DNA from: Octopus vulgaris
Lineage: Eukaryota
Assembly (NCBI GenBank): GCA_951406725.2
Contig: OX597830.1
Coordinates: 34,286,001 to 34,350,000 of the forward strand
DNA: 64,000 nucleotides
Direction: 5' to 3'
This document shows, piece by piece, positions 39,959-53,269 of this stretch. The notes beneath the pieces are model-generated. The model saw only the letters and a list, made by a program, of their open reading frames with translations, was not told where the DNA came from and did not search any database. Positions within the stretch are counted from its first letter, which is position 1; every line of letters starts with the position of its first letter. A program made the position numbers and the translations under genes.

Positions 39959-40962
39959 TAAATGATAATAATAATAATAATCCTTTCTACTGGTGGCACA
40001 AGGCCTGAAATTTGGGAGGAGCTGGTCGATTACATCAACAATCTCCACCATCAAATTTCAGGCTTTGTGTCAATAGTAGAAAAGATTGCTATTTTCATTA
40101 TTGTTGTTGTTGTAGTTGTTAAGGTGAGCTGGCAGAATTGTGAATGTATCTGATAAAAGGTTAGCAGCGTTTTGTCTGATTCTTACATCCTGAGTTCAAA
40201 TCTAGCCAAAGACAAACTTTGATTATCAACCTTTCAGGGTTGATAAAATAGATACTAGCTGCCCACTGGGGTTCATCCTGAAAGGATAAAGGATGAAAGG
40301 TAAAGTCGACCTCAGCAGAATTTGAACTCAGAACAGGCAGATGGATGAAATGCCACTAAGCGTTTATTCCATATTTATAATAAATTATTAATTATGTCAT
40401 GAGGCCAGCAATTTTAAGGGGAGAGGATAAAACAGTACCATCGACCCCAGTACTTGATCAGCATTTTATTTTAACAACCCTTGAGGGATGAAAGTCAAAG
40501 CTGACCTCAGCAGGATTTGAATGTAGAACATAAAAGCTGGAACAAAATGCCACAAGGTATTCTCTGTGACTCTATTAATGATTATCATGATGATGATTTT
40601 GGTGACAATTATGATGATGGATGTCAAAGCTGATAGATTCAGAAATGTCCTTTCACTTGTCACATCAAAATGAGTAAAATGAAAATTAAAAAAGAAAAAA
40701 AAAAAAAAAGAAAAAGAAAAACAAAAAATTGCCATTTTCTTGGTTATAACACATTTATTTAAGAGATGTGATTCTCTCTTGTATTATTGAAGTAAGTAAT
40801 GTAATTTCACATCAACATTTTTCAACAGAAAGCCTTCGCCTTTGGTTTGATGTACTGACCATCAACCTGAAAAATGAAATAAAACATTGTGTGTGTGTGT
40901 ATATGTACAAGTGTGTGTGTGTGTGTGTGTATATATATATGATCATATATATGCAAACACTT

Positions 40963-40997
<35 letters not shown>

Positions 40998-41057
40998 GAT
41001 AGATAGATAAATAGATAGATAGATAAATAGACAGATATGCATATATATATTTATGAC

Positions 41058-41089
<32 letters not shown>

Positions 41090-42119
41090 GTATGAATCTA
41101 TATGTATATATCTGTGTGCGTATGTATGTATATATATATATATATAATTCATGTGTATATATGCATATATATAAGCATATGTATATGTGTGAGAGAAGAG
41201 AGGGGGAGAGTAAAGAAAAATCATCAAATAGAATTCAATAAGGTTGTTACTTTCATTCTCTTGGCTTGAAGCTTGAAAGTTTCTTACGAAATAAATGGAA
41301 TTTTATTTTGAATATTAAGAAAACTGGACAGTTAATGGACAATCACAGCATTATGTTATTAATAAATCTCTTCCAATATATTCCTTATGGCTAATATAGA
41401 AGATAGAAGACACTGCAGTTTCCTTCATTATTGAATTCACACACACGTACACATGTGCACACACACACATACACACACACATATATACATTTATGTATCT
41501 GTACATACACACACATATATGTATAGATATATCTATATGCATAAACATGTATATACATATATATGTATACATATACCTACATACATGTGTGTGTATATAT
41601 AAATATATAGATATATATATATAAACACACACATATTTGTGCATAGTTATATATACATATAAGTCTATATATGTATGTAAAAACATACATATATATATCT
41701 TTTGTGTATATGTGTGTATGTGTGTATATACACATACACATAAACACACACACACACATATATATAGGCATACATATTCACACACACGCATCATCTTGGG
41801 TAAATTTATATTTGTGTTCTTTGAAATAAAAGCATGTTGCAAAATAGTGCAACGTAACTTTATTCTATACATTGAATAGGAAATTATTTCCAAAAAAGAT
41901 TTTTATTTTCATATTTTTTGTTCATTTACTTTGAATACTTGTCCTTGCTATTTTGTCATAGTCATCAAAAGATATTTATATTCAAACATACTTGTCAGTA
42001 TGTTGCCCTCAAAAGATACTCTATAACCATTTGTCCACTATGTTATTCTGCATATGCTAACCGATTGCATTTTCACTCGGAATACAATTGTAGAAAGAAA
42101 AGTAGATAAACAAGCACAA

Positions 42120-42512
42120 GCACAGGAGTGTCTGAGTGGTAAGTAGTTTGCTTACCAACCACATGGTTCCGGGTTCAGTCCCAATGTATGGCTCCTTAGG
42201 TGAGTGTCTTCTACTATAGCCTTGAGCCGACCAAAGCCTTGTGAATGAATTTGGTAGACGGAAACTGAAAGAAACTTGTCATATATATAATTATATGTGT
42301 ATGTGTGTCTGTGTTTGTCTCCCCAGCATTGCTTGACAACCGATGCTGGCATGTTTACATCCCTGTAACTTGGTGGTTTGGCAAAAAAATCCAATAGAAT
42401 AAGTACTAGGCTTACAAAGAATAAGTCCTGGGGTTGATCTGCTTGAATGAAGGTGGTGCCCCAGCATGACCGCAATCAAATGACTGAAACAAGTAAAAAA
42501 ATAAAAGAATAA
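42120..42512 (+). mobile_element. SINE family A, followed by two family B copies at about 42630-43050
   Basis: Collinear with other copies. Confidence 0.85.
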
Positions 42513-43077
42513 AAAAATACACTTTTGCTGACATAGCTGCATCATTAAGACATTCCTTTCATAATGATGAGCTCTCAAGTTTAATCCTACTGTAATTACT
42601 GATTTTGCGCCTAAATTTGAAATTATTAAATGTGGTGTGCTAGCAGGATCATTAGCACACCGGATAGAATGCTTAGCAGCATTTCTTTCAGCTCTTTAAG
42701 TTCCAAGTTCAAATTTTGCCAAGGTCGACTTTGCCTTTCATCCTTTTGGGGTCGATAAAATAAGCACCAGCTGAGCACTGGCGTCAGTGTAATTGAATTA
42801 CTTCCTTCTCCCAAAGTTGCTGGACTTGGACCAAAATATAGAATCATTACCCTTATCAAGGCAGTGAACTTGCAGAACCATTAGCATGCCTGACGAACCA
42901 TGTAGTAGCATTTCATCTGCCTTTATATTCGGAGTTCAATTTCCACTGAGGATGACTTTGTCCTTCATCCTTTGAGCACCAAGGTCGATGTAACCAACAA
43001 ACACCTTCTCCTAAAAAATTTCAGGCCTTGTGCATATTGTGAGAAATGATTATTATTATTATTATTATTCTCATTTA

Positions 43078-43408
43078 TTGGGTTGTCTGGAAAGTTCATG
43101 CCGATTTTTAAAGGAAATAAAAAGATCAATAAATACTTGCCATTACATTTTTAGCCAACCAAATATGAACCATTTTGTTGCACAATGTGTCTCCAAGTGC
43201 CGAAAATGAACTTTCTTATCTTCCATTTTAAAGGGTTACAAAATTAACACAGGTTATAGGAATATAAACCTTCTTCCACGAAAAGATAGCTTAAACTGTG
43301 CTCTAAATGGAGGTGTAGTAAAATCCTATTTTATGGACTCAACCATTTTCTAAAATAAGTCGAAAGGTAAGCTACTATAAATCAGCATGAACTTTCCGGA
43401 CAACCCAT
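43078..43408 (-). mobile_element. Internally deleted mariner element
   Basis: TA-TTGGGTTGTCTGGAAAGTTCATGCCGATTT...AAATCAGCATGAACTTTCCGGACAACCCAT-TA; minus strand 43226-43151 gives MEDKKVHFRHL fused out of frame to WRHIVQQNGSYLVG*. Confidence 0.88.
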
Positions 43409-44571
43409 TACTTACCTATGTTATTTTGTGAGTTATTGTAAGAACCCTACTCCTTGCCAGTTTTTAAATTTGTCCCTTTCTCCATTGCTATTGTATTAAA
43501 TAATGAAGGATTTATTACTGTAATTATTACTATCACGGTTGTTACTGTTTTTAAGTTATGTTTTTATCACTTAGAATCTTTTTACAGAGGTTTGTTTGTG
43601 GTGTTAGGGACATTTGGCTGTTATTTCTAGAATATCAGTTGACCATGTAGAGGCTTTATTTGGCATCAGTTTGATTTTTGTTTCTGTTTATTTTCACATT
43701 AACTGCAAATGAGCAGATCTTTAGTCAAAGATGTACTTCTAGCACTACATAATAGACTGGAGCTGTCTGTTTTTCAAGACAGTGGGTGGCATGTGATTTC
43801 ATAGAGATTTCCCTGTTATTTCTCTTCTCCACTAATATTTATTTTGTTGACCCTGGAAGCATAAAAGGCCAAGTCAACCATGCTTGGATTTGAACTTAGA
43901 TCATTTAGATATGTCTGTGAATACTGAATGAATATTTACAACACATATTTACACACACACACACATATACACACTCTTTCATTCACACAGACACCACCCC
44001 ACCACATTCATATACAAGGGAATAAATCAAAATATATGCGGACACATGTACACACAAACATATTGACATCTCAATATGTCTGCCACTCTGCTTTTCTACT
44101 TTCTCATGTCAGATGAATAAAATTTTAAAAAATTGTTATTCTTTTTAGTTTTATTCATTTTATATATAAAAAAAACAAACTTTCTCTCCTCCTTTCTAAC
44201 AAACAATCTCATCCTTCTACCTTTTACAAATAAAAAACAACAGCTACATTTATTTATTTATTTATTTATTTATTTAAACATTTATCCAATCATTTGTTTA
44301 TGAAATTTATTAATTTTTTATCAGGCTTTATCTTCATTGTTTATGTATTATACATTTTTTAATCTCATTTTTTTTTGTTTCATTTTTATTTATTCATTTA
44401 TTTATAATATGAACATCCCCTCCTCCATAAAAAAAAATAGGAAAAAAAAATGAATGTAAAACAAATATGAAGATTTTTATCAGAATAATGAAGTAGAACG
44501 AAATGTTGACCAATTCCAATTCAAAGCTGATTTACCAAATATGATAAGCTTGTAAAAAGAACAAATGAAAC

Positions 44572-44636
<65 letters not shown>

Positions 44637-44791
44637 TAATAATAATAACAACAATAATAATAATAATAACAATAATAATAATAATAATAATAATCAGTAA
44701 ATAAAAATAAGAAGAAGAAAGAAAGAAGTTTTTTTTTAAATATTATGAAGTTGGGGAAAAGACACAAAGATAATATGTAAATATGTAAATG

Positions 44792-44849
<58 letters not shown>

Positions 44850-45345
44850 TGTAAAAATGATAAAAAAGAAAATTGAAAATTATAGAAATCATAGTTTTTA
44901 AAATATGATGAACTTGAAGAAAAAACAGAAAAGAATATGATAATAATAATAATAAAAATATAATAATAATAATGATAATAATATTTGTTTTTAAATAAAG
45001 ACGAACAAGCAAGGCAGACATAAATATTCAAAACAACAAAGTGAATAAATGAAATTGTTAAAAATTACAGAAATAACAAGAACGAAACAATAACAAGAAC
45101 AATATTAAACGATGACAACAACAGCAACAACAATGGCACACAGAATAGATAGAATTGCCTGTAAAGAGTTATGGGCATAATTTAAATTTGTATCACTTCA
45201 CCATGCAGATCTACCCTATTCCTGCCAGAATGATTTTTTTAGAGATTTGGCATCTTTATATCTTGATGCAATGAAAAGCAAACATGACAACAACAACAAC
45301 AACAACAGCAGCAAAAACAACTACACCAACAAAAAAGACGATGTC

Positions 45346-45669
45346 TGGCACTCTGTCAGTTATGTTGATGAGCGTTCTAGTTGATATGATCAATGGAACA
45401 ACCTGATTGTGGAATTAACGAGCAAGTAACTGGGCACTCCACAGACCTGTGTGCCCTTAACATTGTTCTCAGAGAGATTCAATGAAACACAGAATGTGAC
45501 AAGGCTGGCCTTTTCTAATACAAGTACTGCTCAGTTTTGCCAGCTGAGTGGACTGGAATAACATGGAATAAAGTGTCTTGCTCAAGGGTACCATCCACCA
45601 CGGGGAATCGAACTCATGACTTTATGATCGTAAATCAAACACCCTAACCACTAAGCCATATGCCTTCAT
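45346..45669 (-). mobile_element. tRNA-headed SINE like 79-402
   Basis: Collinear with 79-402. Confidence 0.8.
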
Positions 45670-46214
45670 AAGAAAACAATACAGAAAAACCTAAATGACA
45701 AAAATAAAAATATGAAAAATTTTAAATAATAGTAATAATTATAGTAATTCTCTCAACATTTGACACAAGGCCAGCAATTTGGTGGAGAACAACTTTTGAC
45801 AGGGGGCTAGCAATTTGGTAGTCAATTACATTGATTACAGTACTTGACTGGCTCTTATTTTATCAACCCCAAAAGGATAAAAGGCAAAGTAAATCTTGGT
45901 AGAATTAGAACTCAGAACATAAAAAGTTGAAAGAATTGTTAGTAATGTGCCATCTCACCACCTTAATAATAACAATAATAATAATAGCAACTAAACCAAT
46001 GATAATAATAATAATAATAACAACAACAATAATAATCTACATTAATTACCATCCGTTTTCCATGCTGGCATGCGTTGGATGATTTGACAGGAGCTAGCGA
46101 GGCAGACGACTACACACGGATTCACTGTCTGTTTTAGCATGGTTTTTATGGCTGGATGCCCTTCCTGACTCCAACCACACCATAATAATAATAATAATAT
46201 ATATATATATATTT

Positions 46215-46448
46215 GTAGAGGCGCAATGGCCTAGTGGTTAGGGCAGCGGACTCACGGTCGCAGGATCGCGGTTTCGATTCTCAGACCGGGCGTTGTGTGT
46301 GTTTATTGAGCGAAAACACCTAAAAGCTCTACGAGGCTCCGGCAGGGGGTGGTGATCCCTGCTGTACTCTTTCACCACAATGGCGGTGCCCCAGCATGGC
46401 CACAGCTCAAGAGCTGAAACTGGAAAAACAAAAAAAAAAAAAAAAAAA
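46215..46448 (+). mobile_element. Young chimeric SINE: C head and body plus A-type tail plus poly(A)
   Basis: TGGCCTAGTGG and GTTTCGATTC boxes; CTTTCACCACAA joined to TGGCGGTGCCCCAGCATGGCCACAG. Confidence 0.85.
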
Positions 46449-46648
46449 CATAACAAGTTACTTTTTCTCTATATCAGTAATAAGAACAAATAAAAGAATC
46501 AATCATAAGCAAAAGCAAAAACCATAACAAAACTAAAGTAAATACAATAAAATGCAGCAATAAATTAAAGCAACACAATGGCATAGTATGGATTCTGAGA
46601 CCATACAGTGTGGCCAATTTATATACTGTTGCTGAAAGTATGTTATAT

Positions 46649-47045
46649 TTAACTCTTTTGATACCAACCCAGCTGAAACCAGCTCTGGCTCTGTAGTACA
46701 AATGTCTAGTTTTCATAAGTTTTGAATTAAAATCTTCCACCAAACATTAGTCACAATTTATGTTCCTAACATTAGCTTAATGATAACTAAGTTATTTTAC
46801 TAAATTCATTGTTATATTTAACCCTTTCGATACCAACCTGACTGAAACCACCTCTAGTTCTGTAGCACAAATCTTGTTTTCATAAGTTTTGATCTAAAAT
46901 CTTCCACCAAACCTTAGTCACAATTTATGTTCCAAACACCAGCTCAATGATAATTAAGTTATTTTACTAAATTCTTTGTTATATTTAAAATTAATTGAAG
47001 GAAACACAGAGCATCTCAAAATAAATATTGTAGTGAAAGGGTTAA
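46649..47045 (+). mobile_element. TTAA (piggyBac-like) MITE family 2: partial copy then complete copy
   Basis: 169-bp unit 46649-46817 repeated from 46818; second copy TTAA-CCCTTTC...GAAAGGG-TTAA. Confidence 0.8.
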
Positions 47046-47547
47046 GGAAGCTGGTAGACAAAACCCATGCTATATCACTGAAACAGCTGCTTTGCAAAAT
47101 CAAATGTATCTAATCCAAACCAATCCAACATGACCTGCCACCTCATACACGTTCATACATACGTATTATACAAGAAGCAACTAAAATAACAATTTGTGAC
47201 AAAAAACGATGATGTCAATAGCAACACTGATAAAAACCTGAAACAATCACAGTAACAGCAAGAGTCACACCATTATAAATAACATTGTGGGAATCATGTT
47301 AAGATAGGCAACATGACTGGCACCTTCAAAACAACAGCTGAGGAATAATGATAACAATATTAACAATAATAAAGCCATCATCATCATCATCATCATTGTC
47401 ATCGTCGTCAATATCAACATAAGCATTAAAAAAAAAGAACAACAACCAGTGACATCTGTGTGGTGGATATAACAGTTGATAAATAAACAATTGATTGATT
47501 GGCTAATGATAAGTGAGACACTTATTAAGATACCATGCATGCATACA

Positions 47548-47740
47548 CATACAAACACACATATACAGGTGCATGTGCACACATACATCCATGTACACAT
47601 GCAGGCATATACAAACACACACATACAGGCACATATACACACATACACCCATGTACACATGCAGGCATATACAAACACACACATACAGGCACATGTGCAC
47701 GCATACACCCATGTACACATGCAGGCATATACAAACACAC
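47548..47740. repeat. 60-bp minisatellite, about three units
   Basis: CCATGTACACATGCAGGCATATACAAACACAC recurs at an exact 60-bp period. Confidence 0.9.
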
Positions 47741-49277
47741 AAATGCCTAAATGCATGCACACATGTACGCATGTATGTTTTGATGGAGATTGTGATATAT
47801 TCTAATTAAACTCCCAAGACAGATTTTACCAAACTAATCTTTTATAAATCTCAAATAAGTAAAAACAGTGAAAAACCAAAATATGAAACAAAAAAAAATT
47901 GTTTTTAAAATTTTCAAATAATAAAAAAAAAATTTTTCTAGACGAATACAAAAGCAAAACATTAAAACAATATAAAAAGCTATTAATAATAAAATAATAA
48001 AATTAATAACAAAATTAATAATTAAAATAAAAATGAAAATATTTAAAAAAAAAAAACAATTTCGCAAAATGCAACAAAAATACTAAAACAGTAAAAATAA
48101 GAATCTATTAATAAAACATACAAATGAAATTAGTGGTGGTGGTGGTAGTGGTGGTGGTGTAAGTAGTAGTAGTAGCCGTGGTGACGATGGTGGTGGTGGG
48201 GGCATAGAAGCAGGAAGGTATTCTTTAAAATATGTTTAAAAATTTGCCCTTTTTTTAAAGTTTATTTTTTTACTTCTTTGTGTTTTTTTTTTTGTTTTAG
48301 TCTATTTAATTTCATTTTATGATTGATATTTAGACTTTAGTTTCGCCTTTGGCTTGTTACGTTTTCCTGATAACATCGGAAGTATGTTCTCTTGGCGTGA
48401 AATGACACGGCTTGCCGCAACCCCCCATTACTGGTTCCACTACCATCACCACCACCACTACCATCATTATCAATGCCTTCTCTTCGAAAATCGCCACCGC
48501 TTTCACTACCATGACTATCATCTCTTCCATGATCACCATCACCACCACTGGCACTATCATGATCAACAATGCTCCACAACACTAACACCATCAACACTAC
48601 AAATATAATCACCACCACCATCATCACCAACATCGTCATCGTCATTATCACCCACACCACCATCACTACCATCATCACCAACATCATCATAATGAGCCAA
48701 TTAGGGAGTCTGCATGTGGTTGTTAGATTTGCTAGAGATAGCTGCTAAACCATTCCTGAATGGCATTCGAGGGTCTTTTAAAAACACATTGGATATAGAA
48801 GTCTTAAAGATACCAGTTATATAATAAGGATAGGATAATCCAGGTCTGAACACTTTGGGTTGTAGGTCTGTTTAATCAAAGCTCACCTGAAGCTAAATGA
48901 CAACATTTGTTTGTACTAAAGGTATAAGGCCTGAAATTTTTTGGGAGTGAGGCAGTCGATTAGATCAACAATATGCAAAAAGCTAGTTAATCAATGAAAA
49001 TAATAAAATTAATAACAAAATTAATAATTAAAATGGCAAAAATGAAATACCTATTTCTTTACTACTCACAAGGAGCTAAACACAGAGAGGACAAACAAAG
49101 ACAGACAAACCGATTAAGTTGATTATATTGACCCCAGGGCATAACTGGTACTTATTTAATCGACCCCGAAAGGATGAAAGGCAAAGTCTACCTCAGTGGA
49201 ATTTGAACTCAGAACGTCCCACTAAGCCTTTCGCTGGGCATGCTAATGATTCTGCCAGCTCACTGTCGGAATTCTCT

Positions 49278-49432
49278 ATATCCTACATGAGATACTTTCT
49301 ATGTAATCTCAAATTTTAAAACAAACACATAATTTTCTTATGGTTTCTTAAACATTCTGTGGAACAACACTATGTACAGAACCAAATATATGGCACCCCA
49401 GGCATAACATCAACATGGACTCCTAACTTGTC
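49278..49432 (+). mobile_element. Fragment of the same R4/Dong-like family as 20778-21263
   Basis: ATGTAATCTCAAATTTTAA...AACCAAATATATG...CTAACTTGTC matches the reverse complement of about 20830-20985. Confidence 0.75.
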
Positions 49433-49524
49433 GATTACATTGACCCCAGTATTTCACTGGTAATTAATTTATCGATCCCAAAAGGATGAAAGGCAAAGTC
49501 GACCTCGACGGAATTTGAACTCAG

Positions 49525-50346
49525 GAGAAATGTTGTACCTAAGAAGCATCAGTTGTTGTGTGCAAGAGAGACGATTGCGCTGGTATGGTCATGTGGCGAG
49601 AATGGATGAAGATAGGTGTGTGAGAAAGTGCCAATCCCTAGCAGTTGAGGGAACCCGTGGAAGAGGTAGACCCAGGAAAACCTGGGACGAGGTGGTGAAG
49701 CACGACCTTCGGACGTTAGGTCTCACCATGGAAATGACTAGAGACCGAGACCTATGGAAGTATGCTGTGCGTGAGAAGACCCGGCAAGACTAGTGAAGCC
49801 ATAATCCGTGGCCCCTACCTGGGACGTAGTCAGTCCACCTGTGCATACCTTCCTTCTTGTGACACTTGTGAAGACCTGTTGAGGCAAGTGAGAATCGAAT
49901 CATATCGAATCAAATCGAACCAAATCAAAATAGATGAACATCAATGGAATTTGTATCCTTGTGGTACCAGTGCCGGTGGCACATAAGAAAACCATCCGAA
50001 CGTGACCGTAGCCAGTACCGCAATGACTGGCCTCCGTGCTGAGGGCACGTAACAAACACCATCCGAGCGTGGCCGTCCGCCAGCCTCGTCTGGCACCTGT
50101 GTCGGTGACACATAAGAAAACACCATCCGAGCGTGGCCGTCTGCCAGCCTCGTCTGGCACCTGTGTCGGTGGCACATAAAATCACCCACTACACTCTCGG
50201 AGTGGTTGGCGTTAGGAAGGGCATCCAGCTGTAGAAACACTGCCACATCTGACTGGCCTGGTGCAGCCTTCGGGCTTCCCAGACCCCAGTTGAACCGTCC
50301 AACCCATGCTAGCATGGAAAGCGGACGTTAAACGATGATGATGATG
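49525..50346 (+). mobile_element. 5'-truncated RTE-clade LINE inserted in a minus-strand family B SINE
   Basis: ORF end RRLRWYGHVARMDEDRCVRK...GRGRPRKTWDEVVKHDL (stop 49793) is a typical RTE C-terminus; (GAT)n tail; the SINE resumes at 50347. Confidence 0.9.
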
Positions 50347-50642
50347 AATATAGCAACAGGCGAAACACTGCTAAGCATTTCATCCAGCATGCTAACGATT
50401 CTGCCAGCTTACTGTGTTAATAAGCCATTTAGTAAGAAGAAGAGAGGATTACTCCAGTTTCCTAATATTACACATTATAGTCTAGCAGAAAGGAACAACA
50501 TGTAAAGACAGGCTTTGCTAAAGGATACAGAGTGCTACATGTGAATTGAAACTGTGACTTTATGATCTTGAGCCAAACATCCCTATCTTCTAAGCCATGT
50601 ACCTTTTGCATCTATAGAATATTCAACCAATTATAACGATAA

Positions 50643-50822
50643 CCCTTCAGCATTTAAACCAGCTATGTCCAGCCCAAATATTCTACCTGTTAAAAGTAGC
50701 CAAATTTTGCTTCTCATCACTGAAATCTCAAAGCTACTAGATAATAATGCATGATTAATTCAAAACATCAGGAATAAATAAGCATTACATTTGTCAGAGT
50801 AAACTGAATGCCAAAGGGTTAA
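50643..50822 (+). mobile_element. TTAA MITE family 1, internally deleted
   Basis: CCCTTCAGCATT...AATGCCAAAGGG-TTAA. Confidence 0.75.
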
Positions 50823-51394
50823 CTTAATGAGATGACTATTCAGTTAATCAAACAACTGAATATTCATTGCTGAAATCAATGACTGATCCATCAGCTGATA
50901 AAATAAGCACCTGACAAGTACTTTGTACTCTGAGGTCAATAACAAATATGGCCACTCTCCAAATATGCCATCTAGTGCCAATGTTAGAAATAAATATAAG
51001 TAAAAAAAAAAAAACCATCAAGGGAGGTGGTTTGGCACAATTATTAACATCCAACAAAACTGACGTGTTGTTTCGTTACAACTTTTTACATTGTGAGTTA
51101 CAATCTCATCAAATTCAACTTTGCTTTTCATTCCTTTCTGTTAATAAAACAGTGTACCTGTCAAGTATTGAAACTTCAATCAGAGTGTTTATCAACACTA
51201 GCTACCCTGAAATGCATAGATTCATGCCAATGTAAAAAAAAAAACAATTTCAAACCACCACTACCTCACAAACACAGAATGTCTTTCTTAGTTGAAATCT
51301 CAATGAAGTTAACTTTTCTTTCATTATTTTTACTGTCAATAACACAATAAGGTTCCAGTCGAGTATTGGGGGTTTATATAATATCTCTCTATAG

Positions 51395-51645
51395 CAATGG
51401 TTCTCAACCAGGGTCTACATGACCCTCAAGGGTCCACATAAGATTTTGCTGTTAAAGTTTATGTGCCAAAAATTGGTTATACTTCTACAATAGACAAAAC
51501 ATTTTAACAAATTCTTTTTTAAAATTTCTCATCATATTATAAAAGTATGGTAGGGTTCTTTTAAACATCAAATGGCTATGGGGGTCCAGCATAGTATTAT
51601 TGGAATCAAAAGGGTTCATAAGCATTAAAAGGTTGATCACTACTG
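51395..51645. mobile_element. hAT (Charlie-like) MITE with 8-bp TSD
   Basis: CTCTATAG-CAATGGTTCTCAACC...GGTTGATCACTACTG-CTCTAAAG. Confidence 0.85.
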
Positions 51646-51728
51646 CTCTAAAGCATCATAGATGTGAAAGGAATTATAAATAGAATTCTAGGGAGAGTCA
51701 GTATGCCAATATTATTAATACAAGCATA

Positions 51729-52360
51729 AGGTGGCAAGCTGGCAGAAGTGTTAGCATGCTGGGCGAAACCTTTAGCAGTATTTCGTCTGTCTTTATGCTC
51801 TGAGTTCAAATTCCACCGAGGTTGACTTTGCCTTTCACCCTTTCAGGGTCGATAAATTAAGCACCAGTTACATTCTAGGGTCGATCTAATCGACTGGCTC
51901 CCTCCACCAAAATTTCGGACCTAGTGCCTAGAGTAGAAAAGATTATTAATACATGCACACAAGGTGGCAAGCTGGCAGAATCGTTAGCACACCGGGCAAA
52001 ATGCTCAGCTGTATTTCGTCTGCGTTACGTTGTGAGTTCAAATTCCACCGAGGTCGACTTTGCCTTTCATCCTTTCGGGGTCGATAAATTAAGTACCAGT
52101 TACGCACTGTGGTCGATGTAATCGACTTAATCCCTTTGTCTGTCCTTGTTTGTCCCCTCTATGTTTAGCCCCTTGTGGGTAATAAAGAAATAGGTATTTC
52201 GTCTGCTGCTATGTTCTGAGTTCAAATTCTGCTGGGGCTGATTTTGCCTTTCATCCTTTCAGGGTCGATTAAACCAGTACCAGTTACACACTGGGGTCGA
52301 TGTAATCAGATTAATTCCTTTCTCCAAGCTACCCTTGTGGAAAAAAATTTGAAATCCTTA
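51729..52360 (+). mobile_element. Three tandem family B SINE units
   Basis: Heads AAGGTGGCAAGCTGGCAGAA at about 51729 and 51961; headless third unit from about 52193. Confidence 0.85.
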
Positions 52361-52478
52361 TTAACACATGCATTGGTTCAATTCCACTCCTATATTATTA
52401 GTCAATTTGTTAAATATCTAACTAACTAATTGTTTGTTTAACTTAGTTAAACAGTGAGTCGTTTATTTTGTTTTTGTT

Positions 52479-52521
52479 AGCCAAAGCTCTTTCATTGTTT
52501 CTTGCAACCTTTTCAATGACT
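52479..52521 (-). ncRNA. Hammerhead-like motif with U3-A8 core, in a fold-back family fragment (about 52360-52560)
   Basis: Minus strand AGTCA TTGAAAA G GTTG caagaaa CAAT GAAA G ag C T T TGGCT; stem I AGTCA/TGGCT. Confidence 0.55.
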
Positions 52522-52613
52522 TTTGACTTAGTCCGTCACAGAGTCCATGATTGTCTGCTTGAGATATTGTGTACATGTATGTACATGTGTATGTATATAT
52601 GTATTTATGTATA

Positions 52614-52837
52614 CTCTTTTTACTCTTTTACTTGTTTCAGTCATATGTCTGTGGTCATACTGGAGCACCACCACCTTTAGTCAAGCAAATCGACCCCAGG
52701 ACTTATTCTTTGTATGCCTAGTACTTATTCTATCACTCTCTTTTGCCGAACCACTAAGTTATGAGGATGTAAACATACCAGCATCGATTGTCAGGCCATG
52801 TTGTGGGGGGAATAAACACAGATACACAAACATATAT

Positions 52838-52882
<45 letters not shown>

Positions 52883-53047
52883 TACGATGGGCTTCTTTCA
52901 GTTTCCGTCTACCAAATCCACTCACAAGGCTTCGATCGGCCTGAGGCTATAGTAGAAGACACTTGCCCAAAGTACCACGCAGTGGGACTGAACCTGGAAC
53001 CATGTGGTTCGTAAGCAAGCTACTTACCACACAGCCACTCCTACGCC
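52614..53047 (-). mobile_element. SINE family A
   Basis: Full length and collinear. Confidence 0.88.
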
Positions 53048-53269
53048 TAAAGAAAAGAAAAAGACATGTATAGATTGCAGCATTGATCAAGTGTTCAAGT
53101 AAATAGTTTATTTTATTTAAAGAAACACATTTTATGTTTGCATCACACCAACACAAACTTTTATATTTGAAGTACCTTAACCTGAGCACTGAATTGTTTC
53201 TAAATGTGTGTATGCAATGAATGAGATTGGAAAGATGAAATGCGTGGACTAGAGAGACAGTATAGTGAG

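Noticed and set aside
49515-49793. ORF as a host gene
   Set aside because: It is the C-terminus of a truncated RTE ORF, and the listed start lies in the flanking SINE.
50058-50183. CRISPR-like repeat array
   Set aside because: Contiguous tandem units with no unique spacers, inside a LINE 3' UTR of eukaryotic DNA.
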